A stretch of 56,552 nt of DNA from Chloroflexota bacterium (lineage in GTDB: Bacteria; Chloroflexota; Dehalococcoidia; Dehalococcoidales; RBG-16-60-22), in contig JBDRGD010000005.1 of NCBI GenBank assembly GCA_043818095.1, forward strand, positions 1-56,552, written 5' to 3'. Below, piece by piece: positions 34,748 to 44,930 of the stretch; position 1 is the first letter of the stretch; each line of letters begins with the position of its first letter. The notes under the pieces were generated by a model, which had not been told where the DNA came from, searched no databases, and worked only from the letters and a program-made list of their open reading frames with translations. A program made the position numbers and the translations under genes.

Positions 34748-36391
34748 TTACCGGGACGGAATTACGGGCAGGAGCAGCCGTGAGGGAGCCCTGCCCCCTT
34801 CCAGTATCGTGTTCGTGGCGGGCACGGGCAGGGACTGGTGGCACCTCATGAACTCGGACTGGTCGTCCCCGCTGGCAATCTCCAGCCGCAGGCGGTGTCC
34901 CGCCTTGAAGAGATTGCTCGTCGGCCAGAGCTCGATGGCGTACTCGTAAGCCTGGCCGGGTTTCAGCGGCGCGGACGCCAGGTGGGGGTGGAAAGGACGC
35001 CACGGCTGCGAGCGTTCCGCGTCCAGCTCACGGTGGGAAGCCCGCAGCCAGCCGCGGCAAAGCTCGCGTTGACTGCCGTCCGGGGCCTCGTCCCGGAAGC
35101 TGGCAAACCAGTCGGTATCCGTGGCGCTGGAGGCCGCGTTCAGATAGAGCGCAATGGGCCCCGTGACCTCCATCTCCCTCTCCAGGGGCTCGGAGCGATA
35201 GACCAGTTTCGGCTGTCCCAGGCGCGCCGCGGGGCTTACCGGGTCGTAGCGGTAGCTGCCCTGACCCTCCGCACCTTTACCCGGCAGCAGCTGGCGCAGG
35301 CTCTCGCCGTCTTTTCCCGCTAAATAGAACTCCTGCCACTGCGTCCTGCCCAGCGGCCACTCCTTTTCCCCGCGCCAGCGTCCCAGGCCGGGGATATAGA
35401 ACTGGATAGGCGGACCTTCCCTGACCCGGGTGTCCATGCCCTTCAGGTGGTGGTCGTACCAGCGCAGGGCTTCCTGGTGGTATGCGCCCAGCGGGCGGGC
35501 GGGGCGGGGAGAGGGCCCGACGAGCATTTTCTTCGGGATATCCCCCACGCCGGCCCAGCCCTCGAAGGCGCCGCGCAGGTGCAGGCAGTAGAAAGCCCAG
35601 TCGCAGACGAAGTAGACCGGAATGCGGACGCGGTCCAGCCGCGGGTTGGAAAGCCTTTCCCGGTAGTAGGGGCCGTCGAAGGGATGCTCCCAGGAAAGGA
35701 CGTGCCGGGCATGTTCCAGTATGCCGGTGGGGTCTTTCAGCCGTTCCCCGCGCAGGTCCAGGGAAAAGAGGGCGGGGAACCAGGAGTTGGCAAAGCCGGA
35801 GTTGAAGATGCCGCCGTGGAAGCAGACGTCCCGGTAGAGGTCGGTGGCGGCGTCGAAGGCGAAGACCGCCTTCAGGTGGGGCGGCTGCTGCGTCGCCGCC
35901 ATCATCTGGCTCCACCCGAAGTAGGAGCAACCGGTCATGCCCACGCTGCCGGAGCACCAGGGCTGCTGCGCCACCCACTCGATAATGTCGAAAAGGTCGC
36001 CCTGCTCCCGGGGGCCCATGAGGTCATAGGAGCCCTCGGAGTCGTTGGAGCCGCGCACGTCGACGATGACGTGGGCGTAGCCGCGGGGGACCCAGAACTC
36101 GGTAATACCGGCCTCGTTCTGCCCCAGGGGAATCGCCGTCTGCTGGAGCTGCCGGGTATAGGGCGAGACCGCCACCAGGGCGGGGAATTTCTGCCCCGGC
36201 GCCGAGGGGCGGTAGATGTCCGCCGCCAGCCGGACGCCGTCACGCATGGGGATACGCACGCCGCAGTCCGCCTGGACGGTATAATCGGGAGCGGACGATT
36301 CCGGGATGCGGGGCGGAGAGTCGAAAGGGAACTGGGGTATACTGGAGGGATTTACCGTGCGGATATTCTCCGGGTCGGGTTGAAACGTCAT
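34748..36391 (-). CDS. CocE/NonD-family hydrolase (S15 X-Pro dipeptidyl-peptidase-like)
   Basis: 547 aa. GxSYxG nucleophile elbow (TGCSYFGW) and C-terminal PepX_C-like domain. Confidence 0.87.
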   Translation of the reverse strand: MTFQPDPENIRTVNPSSIPQFPFDSPPRIPESSAPDYTVQADCGVRIPMRDGVRLAADIYRPSAPGQKFPALVAVSPYTRQLQQTAIPLGQNEAGITEFWVPRGYAHVIVDVRGSNDSEGSYDLMGPREQGDLFDIIEWVAQQPWCSGSVGMTGCSYFGWSQMMAATQQPPHLKAVFAFDAATDLYRDVCFHGGIFNSGFANSWFPALFSLDLRGERLKDPTGILEHARHVLSWEHPFDGPYYRERLSNPRLDRVRIPVYFVCDWAFYCLHLRGAFEGWAGVGDIPKKMLVGPSPRPARPLGAYHQEALRWYDHHLKGMDTRVREGPPIQFYIPGLGRWRGEKEWPLGRTQWQEFYLAGKDGESLRQLLPGKGAEGQGSYRYDPVSPAARLGQPKLVYRSEPLEREMEVTGPIALYLNAASSATDTDWFASFRDEAPDGSQRELCRGWLRASHRELDAERSQPWRPFHPHLASAPLKPGQAYEYAIELWPTSNLFKAGHRLRLEIASGDDQSEFMRCHQSLPVPATNTILEGGRAPSRLLLPVIPSR

Positions 36392-36571
36392 CGCTGGTCT
36401 CCTTGTTCAGAGTTAGAGTAAAATTCATCCTGCGGCTTGTTGCCCTGCGCCAGGTGGATTATAATAATATATAGACATATCATTCACAGCATGTCAAAAC
36501 AGTCCGGGCAGCGGGCTATGATTTTCCCGAGTTTTCCGGCAAGGCACTAATTTTATCGTTTGGAGGCAGTG

Positions 36572-38434
36572 ATGAGCGGAGGCTACGCCGGCAAGATAAT
36601 CAACGTTGATTTGACCCGCAGCAAGGTCGAAATCCGGGAACTTGACATGGCCGATGCCCGGAAGTATATCGGCGGGGTAGGTCTGGCCGCCAGGATAATC
36701 TGGGAGTCCACCAACGCGGAAACGGAACCTTTCTCACCGGAGAACCCGTTGATATTTATGGCTGGTCCTCTTACGGGTACGAGTGCTCCGAGTAATAGTC
36801 GTTTCAGTGTCGCCGCAATATCTCCCTTGACCGGCATCTGGGGCGAAGCTCACTCGGGGGGCAGCTGGGCGTATCAGCTAAAGCATGCCGGCTTCGACGG
36901 CGTTGTCTTCGAGGGCCGGTCCGAGAAGCCCGTTTACCTCTGGGTCCATGATGGCGCAGCGGAACTCCGGGACGCCGGTCATGTTTGGGGCAAACTGGTC
37001 TACGAGTCAAGTGACACACTCCAGAAGGAAACCGATGCCAGAGCGAGCGTGGCCACCATCGGCCCGGCGGGCGAGAAACTTGTGAGAATCGCCGGCATCA
37101 TCACCGAAGGCAGGATTGGGCGGGCCGCCGCCCGGTGCGGCCTGGGGGCGGTCATGGGTGACAAAAACCTCAAGGCCGTCGTGGTCAGGGGGACGCAGGG
37201 TCTCAATGTCCATTCCCGGGCAGAACTGAAAGAAAGTGTCAACAGCTGGTACCAGGTCCACGAAACCAAAGCGATAGAAATCAAGGATGAAGAAGCCAAG
37301 AAAGCGCATGAAAGAGCCTTCGTCGAACGCTACTGGCAGAGGGGCATGGCTTCGATTAAAAATTTCCTGGAAGGTGAGTTCCTCGAATTTCCTTATAAAT
37401 ATAGCGATGCCAAGCATACCGGCGTCAACTATTTTTGCCCCGCCTGCCGCTTCAGTTCCAGCGAGTGTTGCCTGATAGAGGGGCGCCGGCGTAACTTGGC
37501 GGAGTCCATGGTCCCGATCGGCGCCCGGTGCCTGATACACGATATGGACGCCTTGCAGGAAGCCCTCGACTTATGCCAGGAATACGGCATAGATGCGATT
37601 TCCGCGGGCGGTGTTCTTGCCTTTGCCATCGAAGCGTTTGAGAACGGACTGCTCACCGAAGACGATACCGAAGGTATCAAGCTGGCCTGGGGTGATGCGG
37701 AAGCAATGCTCCGGATGCTGCATAAGATAGTCAGGAGAGAAGGGTTCGGGTGGTGGCTCGGGGAGGGCAGTAAGAGAGCGGCGGAGCACCTGGGAGGGAA
37801 GGCGCCGGAGTATGCCATTCATGTCAAGGGGCTGGAAATACCCGCGCATGACCCGAGAAGCAGTAACAGCCTGGCGCTGGAATATGCCACCGCCAGCCGG
37901 GGGGCAGACCATTTGTCAGGCTTTATGGCGATATTTCCCTATTTTTCTCCCGAGCTGGGCCGAAATCCGGAGTCAGACCTGCTGGAAAACCGGTTCAAGG
38001 TAGAGGGGAAGGCCGAAGAAGTCGCCAACTCCCAGGACTACATGTGTCTGCTGGATTCCCTGGTAATCTGTAAACAGTTACTCTGGCACGGCCTGCAGCC
38101 ATCTGAACTGCTGAATTGGTTGAATCTGACCACTGGGCTTAATATGGATATCCGTGAATTCTTAAAATGCGGCGAGCGAATTTTCAATCTGAAGCGGCTC
38201 ATTAATGTCAGAAGGGGAGTAAGCAGCAAAGACGACCTTTTACATCCCCGACTCATGACCCATCCTCGCGGCGGCACCAGCGATGCGGCGGTAAATCTGC
38301 CCCCTGTCGGAGAAATGCTAAGCAGATACTATGCCTATCGCGGGTGGACGGCGGAAGGCATTCCTTCCGACGAGAAGCTGGCGGAACTCGGACTGCCGCA
38401 GCTGCCCAAAGTGCGGGCGGCACGGTCCGCCTAG
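36572..38434 (+). CDS. Aldehyde:ferredoxin oxidoreductase family protein (second copy)
   Basis: GYAGKIINVDLTRSK..., AFOR N and C domains. ATG at 36572 after a GGAGG is preferred to the track's TTG at 36560. Confidence 0.92.
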   Translation: MSGGYAGKIINVDLTRSKVEIRELDMADARKYIGGVGLAARIIWESTNAETEPFSPENPLIFMAGPLTGTSAPSNSRFSVAAISPLTGIWGEAHSGGSWAYQLKHAGFDGVVFEGRSEKPVYLWVHDGAAELRDAGHVWGKLVYESSDTLQKETDARASVATIGPAGEKLVRIAGIITEGRIGRAAARCGLGAVMGDKNLKAVVVRGTQGLNVHSRAELKESVNSWYQVHETKAIEIKDEEAKKAHERAFVERYWQRGMASIKNFLEGEFLEFPYKYSDAKHTGVNYFCPACRFSSSECCLIEGRRRNLAESMVPIGARCLIHDMDALQEALDLCQEYGIDAISAGGVLAFAIEAFENGLLTEDDTEGIKLAWGDAEAMLRMLHKIVRREGFGWWLGEGSKRAAEHLGGKAPEYAIHVKGLEIPAHDPRSSNSLALEYATASRGADHLSGFMAIFPYFSPELGRNPESDLLENRFKVEGKAEEVANSQDYMCLLDSLVICKQLLWHGLQPSELLNWLNLTTGLNMDIREFLKCGERIFNLKRLINVRRGVSSKDDLLHPRLMTHPRGGTSDAAVNLPPVGEMLSRYYAYRGWTAEGIPSDEKLAELGLPQLPKVRAARSA

Positions 38435-39450
38435 TCCAGTTTCAGCAGCCGCGCGGCGTTGGCGTAGAGGATTTTCTCCCGGTCCTCGTCGCAGATCGGC
38501 GCGTCTTCCATGAACCGTACCATTCTGGGCGTTTTCCCGTAAGGGTAGTCCGAGGCGAACATGATTCTCTCCGCGCCCAGCGCCAGGTAGGCGCACAGGA
38601 ACGCCGGGGTGAAGGGCATGCCGCTGACCGTGATGGCGAAGTTCCTCTTGATATAATCGCTCGGGCGGAGGCTGATGGGGGGATGGGCCCTTACATCTTT
38701 CGCGCCGTCGAGGCGCGGCAGCCAGAAAGGCAGTGCCTCCCCCATGTGCCCCAGCACAATCTTCAGGTTGGGAAACCGGTCGAACAAGCCGCTCCAGATA
38801 AGGCGCATGACGTGAAGGGTCACCTCCGCGGCAAAGCCGAGGGCCCCTCCCAGCAGCACCCCCTCGTAGACCTGGAAGGGCTCAATCATCTGGGGCGACG
38901 GCGCCTTGGGGTGTAGCCAGACGGGGACGTCGAGCGCCGCGGCGCACTCCCAGAGTACCCGATATTTCTCCTCGTCCAGGTATTCCCCGCCGCGGACGTG
39001 GGAGTTGATACAGGCACCGCGGAAGCCCAGTTTCTTCACCGCCCGCTCCAGCTCCCGGGCCGCCGCTTCCGGTGCCTGGGGTGCCAGCGCCGCCAGGCCG
39101 ATAAAGCGGCCGGGATGCCGTCCGCACAATGCGGCAATCTCGTCGTTGACCTCCCGCGCCCGGGCGGTACCCTCCTCCGGCTCGAGCAGCTCGCAGCCGG
39201 GCAGGCTGAGGCTGAGCACTTGGGTGGCGATGCCGGCGTTATCCATCTCTTTGAGACGCGTCTCCTCCAGGTCCAGCAGGGAGTCAAAGACCCACTCTAT
39301 CGACTGCGTCCAGGACGGGCCGTAGCGGATAAAGTGCTGTTTCCGCCCGTCCGCCTCGGTGATTTCCATGCGGGGCAGTCCCCGGCTCTCCTGCAGACGC
39401 TCCACGAAATTCTTCGTCAGGAAATGGGTCTCCAGATCGATGATTTTCAT
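38431..39450 (-). CDS. Amidohydrolase_2 (ACMSD superfamily), gamma-resorcylate/LigW-type decarboxylase-like
   Basis: MKIIDLETHF (Glu-x-His), RLKEMDNAGI, LGFRGACINSH, LHP, LGHMGEALPFW. Confidence 0.88.
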   Translation of the reverse strand: MKIIDLETHFLTKNFVERLQESRGLPRMEITEADGRKQHFIRYGPSWTQSIEWVFDSLLDLEETRLKEMDNAGIATQVLSLSLPGCELLEPEEGTARAREVNDEIAALCGRHPGRFIGLAALAPQAPEAAARELERAVKKLGFRGACINSHVRGGEYLDEEKYRVLWECAAALDVPVWLHPKAPSPQMIEPFQVYEGVLLGGALGFAAEVTLHVMRLIWSGLFDRFPNLKIVLGHMGEALPFWLPRLDGAKDVRAHPPISLRPSDYIKRNFAITVSGMPFTPAFLCAYLALGAERIMFASDYPYGKTPRMVRFMEDAPICDEDREKILYANAARLLKLD

Positions 39451-39481
39451 AAGCTTCCTCCCCGGGCGTTTCCGGATACGG

Positions 39482-40474
39482 TCAGGCGGGCAGATTGAGC
39501 AATGCCGCGGCGGTCTTGCCCAAAATTTTTTCCCGGTCGGCGGCGGTTATCCCCGGGGTATTGCGCACCGTGGCTACCGGGTCCAGGTCCCCCATCTGGT
39601 GGGGATAGTCGCTGCCGAGCACCACCCTATCCGCGCCGACCGAACTCACGAGGTAAGCCAGCGCCGGCCCGAAATGGGTAACGGTATCGAAATAGAGCCG
39701 CGAAAAGTATTTGCTCGGTGGCTCCGGAATGGACCGGCACTCGGCAACCTGCTCGTAACCCCTCTCCCACCGCCCCCGGATATACGGAGCGCAGCCGCCG
39801 GCGTGGGAGAAGAGGAACTTCAGCCGGGGAAAGCTCTCCAGCACCCCGCCGAAGATGATGCTGCCGATGGCGATGGTGGTCTCCACCGGGTTGCCGATGA
39901 GGTTGGCGAGCCAGTACCGCGGCATCCGGTCGGCGCCCGCCACGTTGCCGGGGTGAACGTAAACCGGGATGTCCAGCTCCTGTGCCGCCTGGTAAAAGGG
40001 CCAGAACTCCTTTGCGTCCAGGTTTCTGCCCTCGACGTTGGAGAGAATCTCCACCGCCCGGAAGCCGAGCTCGCGGACGGCCCTCGTTAATTCTGACGTC
40101 GCCATATTGATGTCCTGCAGCGGGACGGTCGCCATCCCGATAAACCGGTCGGGGTAAGCCCGGACCACCTCGGCAATCGCGTCGTTGTGGCGCCGGCAGA
40201 AGCGCAGGCCGTCCTCCGCGTTGACCCGGTAGCTGATAGCTGCGGGCAGTATGGAGATAACCTGCATCTCCACGCCCGTCCGGTCCATGTCCTCCAGCCG
40301 CCTTTCGGGGTCGCAGAGATGGGCCACGGAGGGCTCCCCGGAACGCTTGCCGATGACCAGGACCTCCTGCCCCGCCTCGTTCCTGCCGACGCCCGGTCCG
40401 CAGGGGTTGCCTTCCCGGTCCGTCATCCCGAAGCAATCACGGGGCATATAGTGGGTGTGCAGGTCTATCCTCAT
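39482..40474 (-). CDS. Amidohydrolase_2 (ACMSD superfamily), His-x-His type
   Basis: MRIDLHTHYMP..., VYVHPGN, FSHAGG, LGSDYPH. ATG at 40474 after a GAGGAG. Confidence 0.87.
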   Translation of the reverse strand: MRIDLHTHYMPRDCFGMTDREGNPCGPGVGRNEAGQEVLVIGKRSGEPSVAHLCDPERRLEDMDRTGVEMQVISILPAAISYRVNAEDGLRFCRRHNDAIAEVVRAYPDRFIGMATVPLQDINMATSELTRAVRELGFRAVEILSNVEGRNLDAKEFWPFYQAAQELDIPVYVHPGNVAGADRMPRYWLANLIGNPVETTIAIGSIIFGGVLESFPRLKFLFSHAGGCAPYIRGRWERGYEQVAECRSIPEPPSKYFSRLYFDTVTHFGPALAYLVSSVGADRVVLGSDYPHQMGDLDPVATVRNTPGITAADREKILGKTAAALLNLPA

Positions 40475-40554
40475 TCCCGGATTTCTCCTCCGCGGTCTTA
40501 AGACCAATTATGGCAAGAATTTCCCGCCATTGTCCAGTGCATGTTTGACAACCG

Positions 40555-40584
40555 CCTCGGGACGCTCCTATAATTTTCCAATAG
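40555..40584 (+). promoter_or_regulatory. Sigma70-like promoter upstream of the Zn-ADH gene
   Basis: TTGACA-18 nt-TATAAT. Confidence 0.5.
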
Positions 40585-40689
40585 CTCCCCGGATACCTAC
40601 CGGCAACACTGACATCACGCCGGCAGCATTCCCGGATATTTGAAACTGTAGCCTTTCTCTTATTAAACCGATTGTGGAGGTAAAGCAAG

Positions 40690-41715
40690 ATGAAAGCAGG
40701 GATTCTCAAAGAGGTCGGACGGTTTGCCATCGAAGAGCTCCCCATGCCCAAGGCCAAGCCGGACTCGGCGGTGGTCAAGGTGAAATACTGCGCCGTCTGC
40801 GGGGCTGACCTGGGACGGTTCAAGCGAGAGACCAATTTCGGGGTGGGGCTGATGGGCCACGAGTTCTGCGGCGAGCTGGTGGAAGTCGGCAGCGAGCTGA
40901 CCGGCTGGAAGGTGGGCGACCGCGTGACCGTCGACCCGATTACCTACTGCCACCAGTGTTACTACTGTCTCAGCGGTCGCCAGAACCTCTGCCGCAACCG
41001 GAAGGTCGGCGGCTACTTTGACGTTCCGGGGGCGTACGCCGAATATATCGAGGTGCTGCCGGAGCAGCTTTTCCGCACCCCGGAGGGGATGGATGACAAG
41101 AAAGCCACGATGACCCAGTGCCTGGCGGTCTCCCTGCATGGCGTGAAAATGGCGGAGGTAAAGCTGCTGGATAACGTCATCGTCATCGGTGCCGGGCCCA
41201 TCGGGCTGATGGCGCTGCTGCTGGTCAAGGCCATGGGCGCCGGGCAGACCATCGTCTTCGCCAAGGGCGAAGGCCGCAAGAAGGTCTCTAAAAAGCTGGG
41301 CGCGGACCACGTCATCGATGCCAAAGATATCGGGGAAAGGGACGAGGTCAACAAGCTCACCAACGGGATAGGTGCCGACGTCGTCCTGGAATGCTCCGGC
41401 GGCGCGGATGCCTTTATCAATGCCCTGACCATGGCCAGGGTCGGCGGCCGGGTGACTATCGTCGGCGGCTACAAGGGCCCCTCCACGATTCATACCACGG
41501 ACATCTACCAGCGCGAAGTCACCGTCAACGGCAGCCTGGCTTACACCCACGAGGAGTTCGGGGAAGCCCTGGAACTCATCGCCCGCGGCATGGTGAACGT
41601 CGACCCCCTGATTACCTCCATCGAGCCCCTGGACAATATTCAGGCGGGCTTCGAGAGGCTGCGCGAGCTCGGCGACGAGGTGAAGGTGGTCATCGCTCCG
41701 ACGGGCAAGGTGTAA
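40690..41715 (+). CDS. Zinc-dependent medium-chain alcohol/polyol dehydrogenase
   Basis: GHEFCGELVEVG, structural Zn Cys cluster (CHQCYYCLSGRQNLC), GAGPIGL NAD loop. Confidence 0.92.
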   Translation: MKAGILKEVGRFAIEELPMPKAKPDSAVVKVKYCAVCGADLGRFKRETNFGVGLMGHEFCGELVEVGSELTGWKVGDRVTVDPITYCHQCYYCLSGRQNLCRNRKVGGYFDVPGAYAEYIEVLPEQLFRTPEGMDDKKATMTQCLAVSLHGVKMAEVKLLDNVIVIGAGPIGLMALLLVKAMGAGQTIVFAKGEGRKKVSKKLGADHVIDAKDIGERDEVNKLTNGIGADVVLECSGGADAFINALTMARVGGRVTIVGGYKGPSTIHTTDIYQREVTVNGSLAYTHEEFGEALELIARGMVNVDPLITSIEPLDNIQAGFERLRELGDEVKVVIAPTGKV

Positions 41716-41746
41716 AATATCGTTCGGGACGAGGCGAGGGAAGCCC

Positions 41747-42679
41747 ATGGTCCGACTAGCTTTTGCGCACCACGCCGTAACCGTCAGTGACGTTGACCGC
41801 GCCATCGCCTTTTACCGTGACGCCCTGGGCATGACCGCGGAAGCCGATGCCCATGTCGAAGGGGAAAATATCTCCCGGGGCATCGGCCTGCCGGGAGCGC
41901 GCCTCCGCATCGCGCGCGTCTCCTTCTCGGACAACCAGGGCGTCCACCGCCTGGAGCTTATCCAGTATCTCTCTCCTGAGGGCAAGAAACAGTTCGAGGA
42001 GAAGCCGTACGATGTCGGCGCTTCCCACCTCGCCCTCCGCCGGGATAACGTCCCCGCCGCTTATGAGGAACTCCGGGAAAAAGACGTTCCCTTTTTCCAT
42101 CCGCCGGCACGCACTTCCCTGGAAACCAGGAACTATATCGCCTTTCTGCGCGACCCGGACGGTAACCGGATAGAGCTGACGGAGATGGCCACGCACCACC
42201 AGCACACCGTGAAAGACATGGCACGGGCCGTCGCCTTCTACCGTGACAGCCTGGGCATGGAGGTGGTGAAAAACCTGGAAATCGGCGGCGAATCCGTCGA
42301 AAGGATGACCGGGACAAGCGGCGCGCGGATGAAGTCCACCCACCTGGTGCCGCCCGGGAGCCGGTGGGGCGAGGAGTCCATCGAGCTGCAGCAGTTCCTC
42401 CATCCCGTGGGGAAACTGCGCCAGGAGCTCCGCCCCTGTGACGTCGGCTGCTCCCACGTGGCTTTCGGGGTCGATGATGTTGACGAAGTTTACCGGGAGC
42501 TCCTTGCGAAGGAGGTAAGCTTCATATCGCCACCCTTCCACCCGCGCCCCGGCAGCGTCCGCAAGTGCGTGCACCTGCGCGACCCCGACGGCTATTACCT
42601 GGAACTGGCGCGCCGGGACGCCTGGTCCGGACCGACAGGCTACGATGGATCAGTTGACAACACGATGGGTATATCATAA
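41747..42679 (+). CDS. Two-domain VOC (glyoxalase / extradiol dioxygenase) family protein
   Basis: Two tandem units (HHAVTVSDVDRAIAFYRDALGM... and HHQHTVKDMARAVAFYRDSLGM...), each ending in RDPDG..(I/L)EL. Confidence 0.85.
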   Translation: MVRLAFAHHAVTVSDVDRAIAFYRDALGMTAEADAHVEGENISRGIGLPGARLRIARVSFSDNQGVHRLELIQYLSPEGKKQFEEKPYDVGASHLALRRDNVPAAYEELREKDVPFFHPPARTSLETRNYIAFLRDPDGNRIELTEMATHHQHTVKDMARAVAFYRDSLGMEVVKNLEIGGESVERMTGTSGARMKSTHLVPPGSRWGEESIELQQFLHPVGKLRQELRPCDVGCSHVAFGVDDVDEVYRELLAKEVSFISPPFHPRPGSVRKCVHLRDPDGYYLELARRDAWSGPTGYDGSVDNTMGIS

Positions 42680-42815
42680 CATTAGATTTATTAGTCATAT
42701 TCAGTTTATTAAGGGTGCCCGATCTCAACACCGGTGTTATGTCTCCGGGCTGTTGATATCCCAATCCAAAATGGTGTTGAGTATTTCGTTATTCTGCGAC
42801 ATGAGGTAAGAGAAA

Positions 42816-43631
42816 ATGGTTGATTTCGTGTCGAGGCCGAAGTTCGAAGAATACCGGGAACAGTTCAAGGAATTTTTCGTGATGGAACGCCGGAACGGCA
42901 TCATCATGCTGCGGATGCACACGGAGGGAGGGCCGGTGAGATGGACCTGGCAGGCCCACAATGCGGTAGGCCAGGCCTGGCACGTCATCGGCAACGACCC
43001 CGAAAACGAGGTGATGATTCTGACCGCTACGGGCCCGCACTGGGTGGGTTACCTCGATGCGGACATGAAAGCGATGGACAAGCGGGGAAAGGTAGGCTAC
43101 GATTACACCATGTACGATGCCTGCAAACTGGTGGAAAACCTGGTTTTCGACCTTGATATCCCCACTATCGGCGCCGTGACCGGCCCGGGGATTCACACGG
43201 AGATGGGCCTGTTTTGTGACATCACCCTCTGCTCCGAGCAGGCGGAGTTCAGTGACCCCCATTTTCTCGGGGGAGAGGTCCCCGGTGACGGGCAGGGCCT
43301 TTCGTTGCAGGGCCTGATAGGCATCAAGCGCGCCGCCTATTGCATGTACACGGGCCAGCGCATTGACGCCCGGACCGCCCTGGAACTCGGTCTGGTGAAC
43401 GAGGTCCTACCCATGGACAAGCTCCTGCCCCGCGCCTGGGAAATCGCCGAGGAGATTATGAGAGCCCCGCGCGTTGCCCGGCGCATGACCAGCCAGCTCA
43501 TCAAGCGCCCCTGGCAGCGCCTTATCATGAACGATTTCCGCATGCAGATGGCTTACGAGTTTTATGCCCACAAGGAGGAAAAAGCCACCTGGGGAAGCGC
43601 CCCGATACCGACCTGGGGAGAGGACAAGTAA
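42816..43631 (+). CDS. Enoyl-CoA hydratase/isomerase (crotonase) family protein
   Basis: Oxyanion-hole region IGAVTGPGIHTEMGLFCDITLCSEQAEF. Confidence 0.86.
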   Translation: MVDFVSRPKFEEYREQFKEFFVMERRNGIIMLRMHTEGGPVRWTWQAHNAVGQAWHVIGNDPENEVMILTATGPHWVGYLDADMKAMDKRGKVGYDYTMYDACKLVENLVFDLDIPTIGAVTGPGIHTEMGLFCDITLCSEQAEFSDPHFLGGEVPGDGQGLSLQGLIGIKRAAYCMYTGQRIDARTALELGLVNEVLPMDKLLPRAWEIAEEIMRAPRVARRMTSQLIKRPWQRLIMNDFRMQMAYEFYAHKEEKATWGSAPIPTWGEDK

Positions 43632-43754
43632 GACTCACGGCGCTCTTCCGCCGTGACCGGCAACCCCCGATATTCTGTAAGGAGGTGATGGTTGAGAGAG
43701 CTAAATAAAAAGGAATTCACCCTGTCATCGATAAAGAACCAAGGGAGGAAGAAA

Positions 43755-44843
43755 ATGATTCGGAAAAAAGGTTTTGCACTCGGTAGTCTCCTGCTGGTCA
43801 TGGTGCTGGCTATCCTGACGCTGGCCGCCTGCACCCAGCCGGCACCCGCTCCGGCGCCAGCACCGGCACCCGCTCCGGCGCCAGCCCCGACCCCGGCCCC
43901 GGCACCCGCACCGGCTCCCGCGCCCATCAAGCTGCAGTTTTCCACGGGGCTCGCACCGACGAACCCGATGGTTGATTCCATGATGTTCTTTGCCGACGAA
44001 ATGAGCAAGAGGACCAATGGCCGGGTCACCATCGATACTTACGTGGCGGGCCAGCTTTACACCCATGACCAGGGCGTCGAGGCGGTCTCACGCGGCGGTA
44101 TTGCCCTGGCGCTGATGGACAACGGCCACTGGGGCGGCCGGAACCCCATTTTCGACTACGGCAACTACATGGGGACGGTCCCCAACCTGGATACCTGGTT
44201 GAAGGCCCGGGAGCAGGCAAGGACAATCCTGGAACCCCTGTTTGCCGAGCAGAACGTAGGGGTCCTCTTTGAGGTCGCCAGCGGCGGCCAGAGCCTCGGC
44301 ACCACCATCCCGGTAACCGTACCGGATGACCTCAAGGGCGTACAGATGAACGCCCAGTCTCCCGGCTACCAGAAGAGCCTGGAAGCCTGGGGCGCCAGCA
44401 CCACCCGCATCCCCACTGCGGAAATCTATGAAGCCCTTCAGCGCGGCACCATCAAGGGCGTGCTCACCGGGAATGTCGCCTTCACCTCGCGGAAATGGAA
44501 CGACCTGACGAAATGGTATGTCAGCCCTTTGAACTATGCCGTCTGGATTGCCACGGTAAACACCGGCATCTGGAACGGCCTGCCGGCGGATGTCCAGCAG
44601 ACCATGATGGCGGTGGCGAAAGACGCTCAGGACCTGGCCGTCAAGAACGCCAGGACGGGCGATGAGGATGTTGTCAACACCTTGAAACAGGGCGCCACCG
44701 TGTTCACCGAGGACCCGGCGAAACTGAAGCTGTGGCTGGACGGCGTGCAGCCGGCAATCGATTCCTGGATTGCGGCATGCGCCGAGAAGGGCTACGGCGA
44801 CCAGGCTAAGGCGCTGGCAGCGGCGCTTAAAGCCGCAAGATAA
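43755..44843 (+). CDS. dctP: TRAP transporter solute-binding protein (DctP family) lipoprotein with Pro-Ala linker
   Basis: MIRKKGFALGSLLLVMVLAILTLAAC lipobox, then a (PA)n linker and the DctP fold. ATG at 43755 after AAGGGAGGAAG. Confidence 0.88.
   Translation: MIRKKGFALGSLLLVMVLAILTLAACTQPAPAPAPAPAPAPAPAPTPAPAPAPAPAPIKLQFSTGLAPTNPMVDSMMFFADEMSKRTNGRVTIDTYVAGQLYTHDQGVEAVSRGGIALALMDNGHWGGRNPIFDYGNYMGTVPNLDTWLKAREQARTILEPLFAEQNVGVLFEVASGGQSLGTTIPVTVPDDLKGVQMNAQSPGYQKSLEAWGASTTRIPTAEIYEALQRGTIKGVLTGNVAFTSRKWNDLTKWYVSPLNYAVWIATVNTGIWNGLPADVQQTMMAVAKDAQDLAVKNARTGDEDVVNTLKQGATVFTEDPAKLKLWLDGVQPAIDSWIAACAEKGYGDQAKALAAALKAAR
43836..43925 (+). repeat. In-frame tandem repeat encoding the (Pro-Ala)n linker
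   Basis: The 24-nt unit CCGGCACCCGCTCCGGCGCCAGCA occurs twice in tandem (43839-43886), followed by degenerate CCNGCN repeats. Confidence 0.8.
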
Positions 44844-44930
44844 AGCGCCGCCCGGCAAACCGGTTTGCCGTCGTTAACAACGGAAAGTAACTAGACACAG
44901 GAAGGCGAGACAGCGTTCGGAGAGAACTTG

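Noticed and set aside
43836-43925. Short tandem repeats that could be mistaken for a mini CRISPR or VNTR locus.
   Set aside because: The repeats are contiguous with no spacers, lie in frame inside the DctP lipoprotein gene and encode a Pro-Ala linker. There are no cas genes in the window.
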